A stretch of 64,000 bases of DNA from Oscillospiraceae bacterium (GTDB lineage: Bacteria; Bacillota; Clostridia; Oscillospirales; CAG-272): positions 150,324 through 214,323 of the forward strand of contig SVSE01000003.1 in the NCBI GenBank assembly GCA_015064445.1, read 5' to 3'. Both the position numbers and the translations under genes were made by a program. Of this stretch, positions 8,170-17,799 are shown in pieces; positions within the stretch are counted from its first letter, which is position 1; the number at the start of each line of letters is the position of its first letter. A model generated the notes under the pieces. That model was given only the letters and a program-made list of their open reading frames with translations, searched no databases and was not told the origin of the DNA.

Positions 8170-9304
8170 TAGCCCATCCCTCATGGTTTGACTGATACTG
8201 TCTTGCGATTGCAAGAGCGCCAGAGTTTACATCATCTGTTATTGTCGAGCCTGCTGCGATATATGAACCTGCACCGATTGTCAATGGAGCAATTAGGTTG
8301 ACCCCTGTGCCGATAAATGCATCATCTGCTATCTTACACTCGGTTACCTTTTTACCATCATAATTTACTGTACGAACGCCTGTGCCGATTGTTACTCTTT
8401 GTCCGATTTCGGTATCGATTATTGTAGAATGCTCGTGAACGGTAGAGCCAACTCCGAGAGTTGTTGAGCGAAGCTTAGAATAAGAGAGCACTCTTGAACG
8501 CATAAGAAGGTGGCACGAGCTGTCGATGTGACAATATGGCCCAACCTCTACCTCTTTTTCGATTGTTGATGCATATACATAGCTACTGTCGATTACACAG
8601 CCCTCACAAACGATAGAGCCAGAAATTACAGTATTAGGACCGATAAGACAGCCCTTTCCTATGGTGGTGTGTCCACAAATTTGTGTGTTTGGCAAAATCG
8701 TTGTGTCCTTGCCGATTGTTGCGCCTGCCGAGATTACAATTCCGTCACGAAGGTCGATATTCACGCCGTTTTCGCAAAGATAATCAAGAAATTCCTCTCT
8801 ATATCTTTCTCTGCGACGAATATATTCTCTTTTTGAGGCGGGAGTCGCCTTTTCATCTCCGAACGACTGACTCTCACAGGTAGCGCCACAGTTTCCTATC
8901 ATTTTAAGGAAGTCGTATGGTGTTGCGATTGTTTCCTCGGAGATAAGCTTTCCTGTGCCGATTGTGGCATAAAGGGAGCTTGCGTTTCCGACGGTTGCAT
9001 AAGCGAGGTCGTTTGTGTCAACAAAGCGAATAGCGTCCTCAATCCACTCCCTTTTCGCCAAAAACGCGAGGGGATGTGTGAATATAACGATGTCCTCGAG
9101 GTCGCAATTAAGCTCTGAGGTTACGCCCTCAAGAGTGTACGACGCCGAGCGAACAATCTCGCAATCTATTTTAAGATGATTTACCGCATCTATAAATTTG
9201 CGATAGGTATGCTCATAAATTGGGGAGAAAAACAAGGTGTCCTTATCTACATTAAGATACTCAGACTCCTGTGCCCTGCATACTACAATAAAAACCTTTT
9301 TCAT
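8153..9304 (-). CDS. GlmU-like protein with an intact left-handed beta-helix acetyltransferase domain and a degenerate N-terminal nucleotidyltransferase domain
   Basis: The C-terminal hexapeptide repeats and NYDGKK..IGTGVNLIAP..AAGSTIT resemble GlmU. The N-terminus lacks the LAAGxGTRM signature. The protein is 383 aa, versus about 455 aa for typical GlmU. Confidence 0.6.
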   Translation of the reverse strand: MKKVFIVVCRAQESEYLNVDKDTLFFSPIYEHTYRKFIDAVNHLKIDCEIVRSASYTLEGVTSELNCDLEDIVIFTHPLAFLAKREWIEDAIRFVDTNDLAYATVGNASSLYATIGTGKLISEETIATPYDFLKMIGNCGATCESQSFGDEKATPASKREYIRRRERYREEFLDYLCENGVNIDLRDGIVISAGATIGKDTTILPNTQICGHTTIGKGCLIGPNTVISGSIVCEGCVIDSSYVYASTIEKEVEVGPYCHIDSSCHLLMRSRVLSYSKLRSTTLGVGSTVHEHSTIIDTEIGQRVTIGTGVRTVNYDGKKVTECKIADDAFIGTGVNLIAPLTIGAGSYIAAGSTITDDVNSGALAIARQYQSNHEGWARRRKK

Positions 9305-9389
9305 ATTTTTTCCTACTCCAAAGCATTATTTTACAGAGTAATTATAGCACAAAACAAATAGCCTTTCAAGACTAAAATCGCATAACTAC

Positions 9390-9418
9390 TTTACAAATTA
9401 TTATTTTTGTGTTAAAAT
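9390..9418 (+). promoter_or_regulatory. Sigma-A-type promoter upstream of gdpP
   Basis: TTTACA, a 17-nt spacer ending in TGT, then TAAAAT. Confidence 0.5.
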
Positions 9419-9478
9419 ATACTATAATTTATATTTTAAGCGCACATAGTACGCACAATATAGGAGATTTATAAATTT

Positions 9479-11488
9479 ATGTACGAAAAAAAGGAAAAGC
9501 TATCTATATACTCGATTCTCTCGGGCATTATTTGTCTTGCCCTTGGCGTCGGAACTGCTGTTTTGGCAGTTTTTTGGAGCGCAAGAAGACCGTCCAGCTG
9601 GCTTCTTATTATGATTGCCCTTGGTCTTATCTTCGTTTCCCTCTCGATATGCACCTTTATCGCCTTAAAGGCAATCGAAAGAAAAAGACGAGTTGACGGT
9701 CCAAGTGGCCCTGTGCTCGGCTCTATTATGTACGATATGGTAAACACCGCAAGCGAGCCTGCGCTTATTTGCGATGAAAACAAGAGAATCATTTGGTTCA
9801 ACCACTTCGCGCAAAGGGCGTCTGGCATTTCAACCTCTCTTCTCGGCAAGGGGCTTAGCGTTATTATGCAGAATCCGTTGCCTGATGAAAACGACAAGAA
9901 ATCGAGCGAAAGACAAATCATCACCGAGCTTGCAGGTCAGACTTACCTCGTCGATGTAACAAGAATTCACGCAGACAAGGTTTACAGCCTGCTTATGTTC
10001 CGTAATATTACCGAGCAGGCGCGCCTTGAAAAGTTCGTGCGTGATGAGGACAAGGTTGTTTCTTATGTTATTGTCGATAACCTTGAGGAGCTCGTTCAAT
10101 TCGAACAGGAAAACTATCGCTCTGCTTCAAGCACCATTGAGACAATTATGCGTGAATGGGCATCGAGCGTTAATGGTATTTTGAAGGAATATGAAAAGGA
10201 TAAATATATATTTATCTTCCGTAACGAGGACCTCGAAAAATTCGTTGAGGACAAGTTTGACATTCTTGATAAGATAAGAGATGTTCGTGTTGGTGGTAGC
10301 GCTATACCTCTTACCGTTTCTATCGGTGTTGCAAAGGTTAGTGGCTCACTTGCCGATAAGGAAAAGGCTGCACACATCGCCCTTGATATGGCGCTTCAGC
10401 GTGGTGGTGACCAGGCTGTTGTTAAGTATGATGAGGCTATTGCCTTTTTTGGTGGTAAGACAAGCACGGTACACAAGAAAACAAAGGTTAAGGCAAGAGT
10501 TGTTGGTACAAAGCTCGCCTCACTTATGGCAAGCGCATCTAATGTTATCATTATGGGACACAAGTTCCCTGACTATGACGCATTCGGTGCGAGCGTTGGT
10601 CTTGCAAGATTCGCTATGTTCTGTGGCGTTAAGGTAAATATTGTAACCGACCCTAAGAACCCTAACATTAAGAAGTGTCTTAAATTCTTCGATGGCGATG
10701 AATACAAGGGAATGTTCGTTGACGCAGCAAGAGGCCTTGACCTCATTAAGAGTGAAACTCTTCTCGTTATCACGGATGTAAACAATCCTGCGATGTTCGA
10801 GTCTATCGATATTTACAACAATGTTTATAATGTGGTAATAGTTGACCACCATAGAAAGACCGCTGAAAGCGAGAGAAATCTCGCAATCGAGTATATCGAC
10901 CCGTCCTCGTCAAGTTCGAGTGAGCTTGTTTCGGAGATGCTCGAGCAGACTGTTCCACCATCAACTCTTAGAAGAGTCGAGGCGAATATGCTTTTGGCAG
11001 GAATTTCGCTTGATACCAAGCAGTTTACAAAGGGCACTGGTGCTAAAACCTATGCTGCCGCTATGTATCTTCTTACCTCAAATGCCTCATACGAGGGCAT
11101 TCAAGACCTTTTCAAGACAAGCATTGTCGATTACAGACAAATTGCAAAGTTCGGTCAAAAGGTTGAGGTTTATCGTAACAGTATGGCTATCGCTGTCAAC
11201 TTCGAGGTTGGCGACTCGAGCACTGACCGTTCACTTGCTGCAAAGGCGGCAGACGGACTTCTCGGTGTTGAGGGCGTTAGTGCGTCCTTTGCTCTTATGC
11301 AGATAGAGGACACAATTCACATAAGCGCGCGCTCGAACGGTAGCGTTAATGTTCAGCTCATTCTTGAAAAGCTCAAGGGTGGCGGACGCTATGATTCAGC
11401 TGGCGCACAGCTCAAGAGTGCTACAATTCAGCAGGCGCTTTTGAAGCTTAAGCACGCAATAGACAGTTATTTCGACTTGGAGGACTAA
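9479..11488 (+). CDS. gdpP: GdpP-type cyclic-di-AMP phosphodiesterase (TM-PAS-degenerate GGDEF-DHH/DHHA1)
   Basis: Two N-terminal TM helices, DHH motifs ([17 protein letters not shown]) and a GGGR..AGAQ DHHA1 motif. It occupies the conserved position upstream of rplI-dnaB. Confidence 0.85.
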   Translation: MYEKKEKLSIYSILSGIICLALGVGTAVLAVFWSARRPSSWLLIMIALGLIFVSLSICTFIALKAIERKRRVDGPSGPVLGSIMYDMVNTASEPALICDENKRIIWFNHFAQRASGISTSLLGKGLSVIMQNPLPDENDKKSSERQIITELAGQTYLVDVTRIHADKVYSLLMFRNITEQARLEKFVRDEDKVVSYVIVDNLEELVQFEQENYRSASSTIETIMREWASSVNGILKEYEKDKYIFIFRNEDLEKFVEDKFDILDKIRDVRVGGSAIPLTVSIGVAKVSGSLADKEKAAHIALDMALQRGGDQAVVKYDEAIAFFGGKTSTVHKKTKVKARVVGTKLASLMASASNVIIMGHKFPDYDAFGASVGLARFAMFCGVKVNIVTDPKNPNIKKCLKFFDGDEYKGMFVDAARGLDLIKSETLLVITDVNNPAMFESIDIYNNVYNVVIVDHHRKTAESERNLAIEYIDPSSSSSSELVSEMLEQTVPPSTLRRVEANMLLAGISLDTKQFTKGTGAKTYAAAMYLLTSNASYEGIQDLFKTSIVDYRQIAKFGQKVEVYRNSMAIAVNFEVGDSSTDRSLAAKAADGLLGVEGVSASFALMQIEDTIHISARSNGSVNVQLILEKLKGGGRYDSAGAQLKSATIQQALLKLKHAIDSYFDLED

Positions 11489-11489
11489 T

Positions 11490-11936
11490 ATGAAGGTTGT
11501 TTTGATACAGGATGTCAAGGGACAGGGCAAGAAAAACGACATTATTAATGTCAGCGACGGATACGCAAGAAACTTCCTTTTCCCAAGAAAGCTTGCAATC
11601 GTTGCTGATGCAAAGGCTATAAATGATGTAAAGAACAAAAAATCGTCCGAGGAGCACAAAATCGAGCTTGAAAAGGCTAACGCACGCGAAATTGCAACAA
11701 GGCTTGGCGAAACCAAGGTTGTTATCAGCGCTGAGGCTGGCAAGGACGGAAGATTTTATGGTGCTATTACCTCAAAGGACATAAGCGATGCGCTCAAGGC
11801 TCAGGCAAAGCTTGATATTGACAAGAGAAAGATTGCCCTTGATGCACCTATTAAGGCGTTTGGCACATACATTGTTGATGTAAAGCTCTACTCTGGCATT
11901 AGTGGAAAGCTAAATGTACAGGTAAAGGAGAAATAA
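11490..11936 (+). CDS. rplI: 50S ribosomal protein L9
   Basis: [32 protein letters not shown] is typical of L9. Confidence 0.95.
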   Translation: MKVVLIQDVKGQGKKNDIINVSDGYARNFLFPRKLAIVADAKAINDVKNKKSSEEHKIELEKANAREIATRLGETKVVISAEAGKDGRFYGAITSKDISDALKAQAKLDIDKRKIALDAPIKAFGTYIVDVKLYSGISGKLNVQVKEK

Positions 11937-11937
11937 G

Positions 11938-13314
11938 ATGGACGCTTTACAAAGAAAGCTCCCCTTCTCCGTTGATGCAGAGCAAAGCGTGCTCGGAAGC
12001 ATACTTTGTGACCCAAATTGCTTTGGCGATGTTGCAGAAATCGTAACAATAGACGATTTCTACTTAGAGGAGCATAAAAAGATTTACGAGGTTTTCCTCG
12101 ATTTCAGCTATCAGAATAAGGTAGTTGACCTTGTAACAGTTATAAACGAGCTCGTTTCTCGTGGAATCTATCGTGATGATGACGAGGCGCGCTCATATAT
12201 TCGTATAATCGCCGAGGTTGTGCCAAGCGCGAGAAATGCCAAGGACTACGCAAAGATTGTCCACGACAAGAGCATTTTGAGAAGGCTCATCGAGGCTGCA
12301 GACGACATTCAAAGGGCTGCGTTTACCGAGGGAGAGGATGTTTCGCACATTGTTGACCTCGCTGAAAGAAAGATTTACGATATTGCAGGAAATAATGAGC
12401 GCCACGATTTTGTACATATTCGTGATGTTCTTCTTAAAACCTATGACCACCTAAAGGAGCTTGGCGAGGGCACAAGCGAGGAAAATCTCGGTATTCAATC
12501 GGGCTTCTCCGACCTTGATAATACTCTTGTTGGCTTCGGCAAGGGAAATATGATTATTGTCGGCGCGCGTCCTGGTGTTGGTAAAACATCATTTGCGCTC
12601 AACATAGGCGCAAATATTGCAAAGCGCACAGGCAAGGCTGTTTGCATATTCTCTCTTGAAATGTCGGACGAGGAGCTTGTTTCTCGTGTTGTTTCAAGTG
12701 AGGCAATGGTTGACTCCTATAAGCTTCGTAAGGGCGAGCTTAGCGTTGACGAGTGGGAGAAGCTTGCACACGCATCATCTACACTCTCTGAAACTAATAT
12801 TTTGATTGATGATACAACCGGAATTTCAATAACCTCTATGAAGGCAAAGCTTCGCAGAGTTAAAAATCTCGGTATGGTAATTGTCGACTATCTTCAGCTT
12901 ATGCAGCCTGAAAGACACGGTGGCGACCAAAACCGTGTAAACCAAATTGGAGAAATCTCCCGTGGTCTTAAGGTTATGGCAAAGGAGCTTGGCGTGCCTG
13001 TTATGGTGCTTTCACAGCTCTCTCGTACAGCTGAAAAGAACGGAGAAACCGGCAAGGCGACATCTCGTACACCTATGCTTAGCGATCTTCGTGATTCGGG
13101 ATCTATTGAGCAGGATGCCGATATGGTAATCTTCCTAAGTCGTGACTACTATGGAACTGATCCGGAAAGAGAAAACCTCGTTGATGTTGTCGTGGCTAAA
13201 AACCGTCACGGCTCAACCGGTAAGGTTACAATGAGCTGGATTGGTAAATATACCAAGTTCTCTACTCTCGATAAGGAAGAGGCTCAAAGATTTGGCGTAA
13301 ATTACGACTTGTGA
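11938..13314 (+). CDS. dnaB: Replicative DNA helicase
   Basis: Walker A GARPGVGKT, the DYLQLM motif and the DnaB N-terminal domain are present. Confidence 0.95.
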   Translation: MDALQRKLPFSVDAEQSVLGSILCDPNCFGDVAEIVTIDDFYLEEHKKIYEVFLDFSYQNKVVDLVTVINELVSRGIYRDDDEARSYIRIIAEVVPSARNAKDYAKIVHDKSILRRLIEAADDIQRAAFTEGEDVSHIVDLAERKIYDIAGNNERHDFVHIRDVLLKTYDHLKELGEGTSEENLGIQSGFSDLDNTLVGFGKGNMIIVGARPGVGKTSFALNIGANIAKRTGKAVCIFSLEMSDEELVSRVVSSEAMVDSYKLRKGELSVDEWEKLAHASSTLSETNILIDDTTGISITSMKAKLRRVKNLGMVIVDYLQLMQPERHGGDQNRVNQIGEISRGLKVMAKELGVPVMVLSQLSRTAEKNGETGKATSRTPMLSDLRDSGSIEQDADMVIFLSRDYYGTDPERENLVDVVVAKNRHGSTGKVTMSWIGKYTKFSTLDKEEAQRFGVNYDL

Positions 13315-13330
13315 CGCGCAAAGCACGCAA

Positions 13331-13365
13331 GTTCGAAGTGCGAAGTGCGAAGTGCGAAACGCGAA
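13331..13365 (+). repeat. Heptanucleotide array (GTTCGAA (GTGCGAA)x3 ACGCGAA)
   Basis: Five tandem 7-nt units directly after the dnaB stop codon. Confidence 0.85.
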
Positions 13366-13455
13366 GTTGTTCGCAACGAATATAAATTAAAGGAGAAATT
13401 ATAAGCTACTCTAATCGTTTCGTTTAACTTTAAACGATTAGAAGCACCGCTTATA

Positions 13456-13575
13456 TGAGCCTTCAGAATCAAGCAAGACAAGGCGCACCGGAAGAACAAC
13501 GGGCGACGGTGTATTTACATACTCCGAGGTCGGTGTTCGGGAGCAACGATGGATTGCGTAGATTATCAAGGCTCA
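13456..13575 (+). repeat. Structured ~120-nt repeat family, copy 2
   Basis: Outer arms TGAGCCTT/AAGGCTCA, block AAGGCGCACCG, a central covarying hairpin, and block GAGCAACG. Confidence 0.85.
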
Positions 13576-14319
13576 GATTTAAAGATGGAATTTAATGTAA
13601 ACCACCCTATACTATTCATCTTAGTAGGAATAATCATCGCCACGGTGTTGGCACAATCATTTTACTTTTTGATTCGTGCTTACAGGCGTGCGCTTGCAAA
13701 GGGAATGGAAAAGAGTCTGCTTAAAAAGACTATTATTTCCTCTGCCGTTTTCACTATCGCGCCTGCGATTTCAATACTTGTTGGCGTTATTTCACTTTCA
13801 AAATCGCTTGGCGTTGCTGTTCCTTGGCTTCGTCTTTCGGTTATCGGCTCACTCTCTTATGAGATGATTGCTGCAAACAATGCTATGAACGGCTTTGGCG
13901 AAACGCTTAACGGCGAAATTACAGATCCAAGCGTTTTTGTTACTGTCCTTTGGGTTATGACCATCGGCATTCTTCTCGGTCTTGTTCTTACACCTGTTCT
14001 TACAAAAAAGATTCAGGGTGGTATGATTAAGCTCGAAAAGAGCGACGCAAAATGGCGCGAGATATTCAACAACGCAATGTTCCTTGGTATGATTTCTGCA
14101 TTCCTTGGCTTCGTATTCTGCGATTTTGCAAATCTCTTCAAGGGCGACACAAGCGCACTTATCGCTCCGCTCGTAATGGCAACCTCAGCTATCATTATGG
14201 CTGTGCTTGGCATTCTTGCCGTCAAGACAAAGAAAAGATGGCTCTCGGATTATGCTCTTCCTGTATCTATGGTTGCAGGAATGGCTATGGCAATACCATA
14301 CACTGCGTGGCTCGCATAA
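13549..14319 (+). CDS. Polytopic membrane protein of unknown function
   Basis: Multiple hydrophobic helices. The ATG at 13549 lies inside the repeat and is preceded by GGGAG. An alternative start is 13585 (MEFNVNH). Confidence 0.6.
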   Translation: MDCVDYQGSDLKMEFNVNHPILFILVGIIIATVLAQSFYFLIRAYRRALAKGMEKSLLKKTIISSAVFTIAPAISILVGVISLSKSLGVAVPWLRLSVIGSLSYEMIAANNAMNGFGETLNGEITDPSVFVTVLWVMTIGILLGLVLTPVLTKKIQGGMIKLEKSDAKWREIFNNAMFLGMISAFLGFVFCDFANLFKGDTSALIAPLVMATSAIIMAVLGILAVKTKKRWLSDYALPVSMVAGMAMAIPYTAWLA

Positions 14320-14329
14320 GGAGGACATT

Positions 14330-15010
14330 ATGGATAAAAATGTAAATAAAAAGGAATTGTCCTACCTCGACAGCGTGCACCGTGATGGTAAAATCTGGGG
14401 CTTTACTCTTCTTGCAATAATCTTCCTTTTCCCACTTATCGTATGCCTTATTTTCAACGCAGTTCCTAACTGGAGTGCGCTTGGAAAGGGGCTTCTTGCC
14501 ACAGTTCCTATGTACTGGGCTGTTGGTCTTATCGAGGTTATTACCTATGTTCCTATGCTTGGTGCAGGTGGTACATACCTCTCATTTGTAACAGGTAACA
14601 TTTCAAATCTTAAGCTCCCTGTTGCGCTTGACTCAATGGAAAAGGCTGGTGTTAAGTCAAACAGCGAGGAGGGCGAAATTATCTCGACAATTTCAATTGC
14701 AACCTCGAGCATTGTAACAACTATTATCGTTATTCTCGGCGTAATTTTAATTGTTCCTTTGACACCTATACTCTCATCTCCTGTGCTCGACCCTGCGTTT
14801 GCACAAATGCTCCCTGCGCTCTTTGGTGGACTTGGAGTTGTATTCGTTTCCAAGAACTGGAAGCTTGCAATCGCACCTATCGTGCTTATGCTAATTCTCT
14901 TTATAGCAATCCCTGCACTCAATGCAGGAACTGTTGGAATTATGGTTCCTGTTGGAGTTGTATTCACAGTAATTGTTGCAAGAATTATGTACAAAAAGGG
15001 AATTCTATAA
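14330..15010 (+). CDS. Polytopic membrane protein of unknown function, probably co-operonic with the previous gene
   Basis: AGGAGG RBS 6 nt before the ATG at 14330, and several TM helices. Confidence 0.6.
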   Translation: MDKNVNKKELSYLDSVHRDGKIWGFTLLAIIFLFPLIVCLIFNAVPNWSALGKGLLATVPMYWAVGLIEVITYVPMLGAGGTYLSFVTGNISNLKLPVALDSMEKAGVKSNSEEGEIISTISIATSSIVTTIIVILGVILIVPLTPILSSPVLDPAFAQMLPALFGGLGVVFVSKNWKLAIAPIVLMLILFIAIPALNAGTVGIMVPVGVVFTVIVARIMYKKGIL

Positions 15011-15107
15011 AACACCTCATCCACCGCATAGCGGTCCCCCTTCCCCTCTAGTGGAATGCTTTGCCGTAATCGTTGCAAGAATCATGTACAAAAAGGGAAT
15101 TCTTTAA
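15011..15107 (+). repeat. 61-nt hairpin module followed by a 36-bp duplicate of the preceding gene's 3' end
   Basis: 14975-15010 and 15072-15107 match at 34 of 36 positions. The insert resembles 47986-48042. Confidence 0.85.
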
Positions 15108-15119
15108 TTTTAACAAAAT

Positions 15120-15156
15120 AAAAAAGAGCAAGAAATCTTGCTCTTTTTTTGTTTTT
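15120..15156. terminator. Bidirectional intrinsic terminator
   Basis: AGAGCAAG-AAAT-CTTGCTCT with a flanking A-run and T-run. Confidence 0.75.
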
Positions 15157-15159
15157 ATC

Positions 15160-15684
15160 TTATTCCAAGAAGAGTGCGATGGTAAGAATGAGTCCGATTA
15201 CTCCGAAAACTATCGACACAGGGAGTGCGATTGTCGCTGTAATTCTACCAACCTTTGTAAACGCATTTGGTGCGCCTGCCTCTTCGATATACTGTGTGCT
15301 CTTTCTCTTTGCAAGAACTGAGAACACAATTCCTACTACCATAAATACGATTGCATAAATAGGTACAATCGAGGTTGCGCCAAATTCAAGTGCAACAAGA
15401 CCGAATATCATAGAAATGATAGAGTTCTTCTTGCTTACCTCAGGCTTTGGCTGTGGAGCGTCAGACTGATAATAGTCATACTTTGGCTCCTGCTTTGCTT
15501 GAAGCTCTGCTTCCTTTTGCGCCAAGATTCTCTCGATGTCAGCATCTGTGTACTTTGGTGCTTCCTCTTCCTTTGCCTCTTCCTTTGGCTCTTCCTCGAT
15601 AGGTGCGCCACAGGCTGTGCAGAACTTTGCATCGTCCTGAACTGTTGCAAAGCAGCTCTTACAATACTTCTTTTCGTTTTCCAT
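15160..15684 (-). CDS. Zinc-ribbon membrane protein (N-terminal CxxC..CxxC, acidic linker, C-terminal TM helices)
   Basis: CKSC..CTAC zinc-ribbon motif and a hydrophobic C-terminal half. Confidence 0.6.
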   Translation of the reverse strand: MENEKKYCKSCFATVQDDAKFCTACGAPIEEEPKEEAKEEEAPKYTDADIERILAQKEAELQAKQEPKYDYYQSDAPQPKPEVSKKNSIISMIFGLVALEFGATSIVPIYAIVFMVVGIVFSVLAKRKSTQYIEEAGAPNAFTKVGRITATIALPVSIVFGVIGLILTIALFLE

Positions 15685-15698
15685 TGTGATTTCTCCTT

Positions 15699-16907
15699 TT
15701 ATTTCTCAAAAGATTCCTCTTTTGCGTTTTCGTTTTCAAGCTTTTTCTGCTCCTCGAGCTCCTTATCTCGCTTAAAGAGCCTCTGAACAAGAGCATCATC
15801 GATTATCTCGATTACGGATTTGGCAAGATTTTTAATCGACTTTTCCCTTGTGAGATTTTCCTCAAGGGGGACATCTGTGTCGATAATTCGGGTTGCCTCG
15901 GTTATATATTTAAGACATTCCTCGTATCCATCGCCAAAGCCACCACAAAGCATATAGGTTGTTTTATTATGATTCCACGCAATTTTAGCAACCTCCATGG
16001 CCGCCTTGCCATTTAGGCTCTGTCCATCGAGGCGTCCCTCGCCTGTAATTACAATGTCTGCCTCTTTAATTCTCTCAACAATGTTGATAGCTCTCTTAAT
16101 ATAATTGAAGCCAGGCATCAGGTCTGCGCCAAGAAATGTTCTGAATGCGAAGCCAAGTCCACCAGCTGCGCCACTGCTTTTAAGGTCGGGGTTTGCGTTT
16201 GGGAATACCTCCCTTGCACACTCGGCAAAGTGGGCAATTCCTGCATCCATTTCGGCGAGTTGGTCCTCTCTTGCTCCCTTTTGAGGGGAGAATACATATG
16301 TACAGCCTCGCTCTCCAAAGAGTGGGTTGTCAACATCACAAAGAATTGTGAAATCACACTCCTTAAGCTCTGAAAGGGTGCAAGATGTGTCGATTTTTTC
16401 AACTCTTGCTGTGCCACGAGCGCCGAATTCAACAATATCGCCCTTTGAGTCAAGGAGCTTAAAGCCGAGCGCCTGAAGCATTCCTGCGCCTGCGTCATTC
16501 GTTGCGCTTCCACCAAGACCAACAAAAAAGCTTCGATAGCCCTTGGCAATTGCGTTTTTGATAAGCAAGCCAACACCGTAGCTTGTTACTCTCATGGGAT
16601 CTCTGTCCGCCTTATCAACAAGTGGAAGTCCGATACAGGAGCTTACCTCAACAATAAGCGTATCATCCTTGCCATAGCAAAGCGCGCTTATAGACTCGCC
16701 TATTGGAGTCATCGCGTCGATATAGACGGGCTCTGCCTTATAAATGTCCTTTAATATATCGGTTGTGCCCTCTCCACCGTCTGCTATGGGAGTGAGGTCA
16801 ACCTCTGCGTTTTCATATTTTTCTAAGATAGCATCTCTTACAGCCTCGCCAGCCTCACGAGAGGAAAGCGTGCCCTTAAAGCTATCCATAGCAACAAAAA
16901 ATCTCAT
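15699..16907 (-). CDS. Glycerate kinase family protein
   Basis: The N-terminus MRFFVAMDSFKGTLSS and the ADGGEGT motif are present. Confidence 0.8.
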   Translation of the reverse strand: MRFFVAMDSFKGTLSSREAGEAVRDAILEKYENAEVDLTPIADGGEGTTDILKDIYKAEPVYIDAMTPIGESISALCYGKDDTLIVEVSSCIGLPLVDKADRDPMRVTSYGVGLLIKNAIAKGYRSFFVGLGGSATNDAGAGMLQALGFKLLDSKGDIVEFGARGTARVEKIDTSCTLSELKECDFTILCDVDNPLFGERGCTYVFSPQKGAREDQLAEMDAGIAHFAECAREVFPNANPDLKSSGAAGGLGFAFRTFLGADLMPGFNYIKRAINIVERIKEADIVITGEGRLDGQSLNGKAAMEVAKIAWNHNKTTYMLCGGFGDGYEECLKYITEATRIIDTDVPLEENLTREKSIKNLAKSVIEIIDDALVQRLFKRDKELEEQKKLENENAKEESFEK

Positions 16908-16914
16908 TTTTCTC

Positions 16915-17685
16915 CTACCTTACCTTTACAATATCGTCAGGCATCGCAACATTGAGCGCAACCTCGCAAAAGTCGTTTTTGTCAAGGTGTGCCCTTGCCA
17001 CCTGATGCGCTATCATCGGAGAGTTGTTCTCGCGACTTAGGTGCGCTAAGGTTATTGACGATGTGCCGTTTTTGGCAAGATGCAAGCAAAGCTCTGCGCT
17101 ATCCTCGTTTGCAAGGTGTCCTCTGTCCGAGAGAATACGATGCTTTAGGAATTCGGGATATTTGCCTGCAACGAGCATAAATTTGTCGTGATTTGACTCT
17201 ATAATGGCGCTTTTACAGCCACAGAGTCGTGCTTTTATCTCATCCGTAACATGCCCTATGTCAGTTGCAATTCCGAGCGTATCGTCCTCGCTTTTGATAA
17301 CAAAGCCGAGGTTTTGTGCGCTGTCGTGTGGAATCTCAAACGAGCTGATGGTAAGCGAGCCAACGCTAACCTCATAGTGAGGGGCGTGCTCCTTAGCGCA
17401 CTGAGATACATACGAGCCCTGATACGCAATCCTTGCATATGACGGTGTGCTTATGTGTACAGGAATATGATATTTTTTTGATATAATTTCAAGACCACTT
17501 GTATGGTCAGAGTGCTCATGCGTTATGAAAATTGCATCAATGTTTTTGAGCGTCGTGCCAAGCGAGGTAAGCGACTTCTCAATCGCACCGGCGCTTTTGC
17601 CTGCATCAACGAGAATTTCGTCTCGCCCGTTTTTTATGTAAATGCAATTTCCACTCGAGCCAGAAAATAATGTATATGCTATCAT
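16915..17685 (-). CDS. MBL-fold metallo-hydrolase (YycJ-like)
   Basis: HEHSDH motif and a length of ~256 aa. Confidence 0.75.
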   Translation of the reverse strand: MIAYTLFSGSSGNCIYIKNGRDEILVDAGKSAGAIEKSLTSLGTTLKNIDAIFITHEHSDHTSGLEIISKKYHIPVHISTPSYARIAYQGSYVSQCAKEHAPHYEVSVGSLTISSFEIPHDSAQNLGFVIKSEDDTLGIATDIGHVTDEIKARLCGCKSAIIESNHDKFMLVAGKYPEFLKHRILSDRGHLANEDSAELCLHLAKNGTSSITLAHLSRENNSPMIAHQVARAHLDKNDFCEVALNVAMPDDIVKVR

Positions 17686-17700
17686 AAAAATCCCTTTTTA

Positions 17701-17723
17701 AATGCGGAATTCGGAATGCGGAG
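17701..17723 (-). repeat. Heptanucleotide array (reverse orientation: CTCCGCA TTCCGAA TTCCGCA)
   Basis: AATGCGGAATTCGGAATGCGGAG is read on the + strand. Confidence 0.75.
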
Positions 17724-17799
17724 TGAAAAGGGGACGAAATCCACCAAGGCGTACCACAAAACCATGGATTTCAGGCGTTTAAGCTAAACCGTCCTAAAA

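Noticed and set aside
13456-13575. The structured ~120-nt repeats were considered as integron attC sites or as cis-regulatory riboswitches.
   Set aside because: The intervening genes are housekeeping genes in both orientations, and no intI gene is present. The copies sit mostly at 3' ends or antisense to neighbours, not in 5' leaders. I recognise no known riboswitch core.
13549-13584. There is a choice of start codon for the first membrane protein: 13549 or 13585.
   Set aside because: This is unresolved rather than rejected. The 13549 start has the better RBS (GGGAG, 5-nt spacing) but lies inside a repeat. The 13585 start gives a more typical N-terminus (MEFNVNHP..) but has a poor RBS.
14975-15107. 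Duplicated gene 3' ends (also 43038-43295) were considered as a VR/TR pair of a diversity-generating retroelement.
   Set aside because: The repeats are only 27-36 bp. The two mismatches are not adenine-specific. No reverse transcriptase or accessory gene is present.
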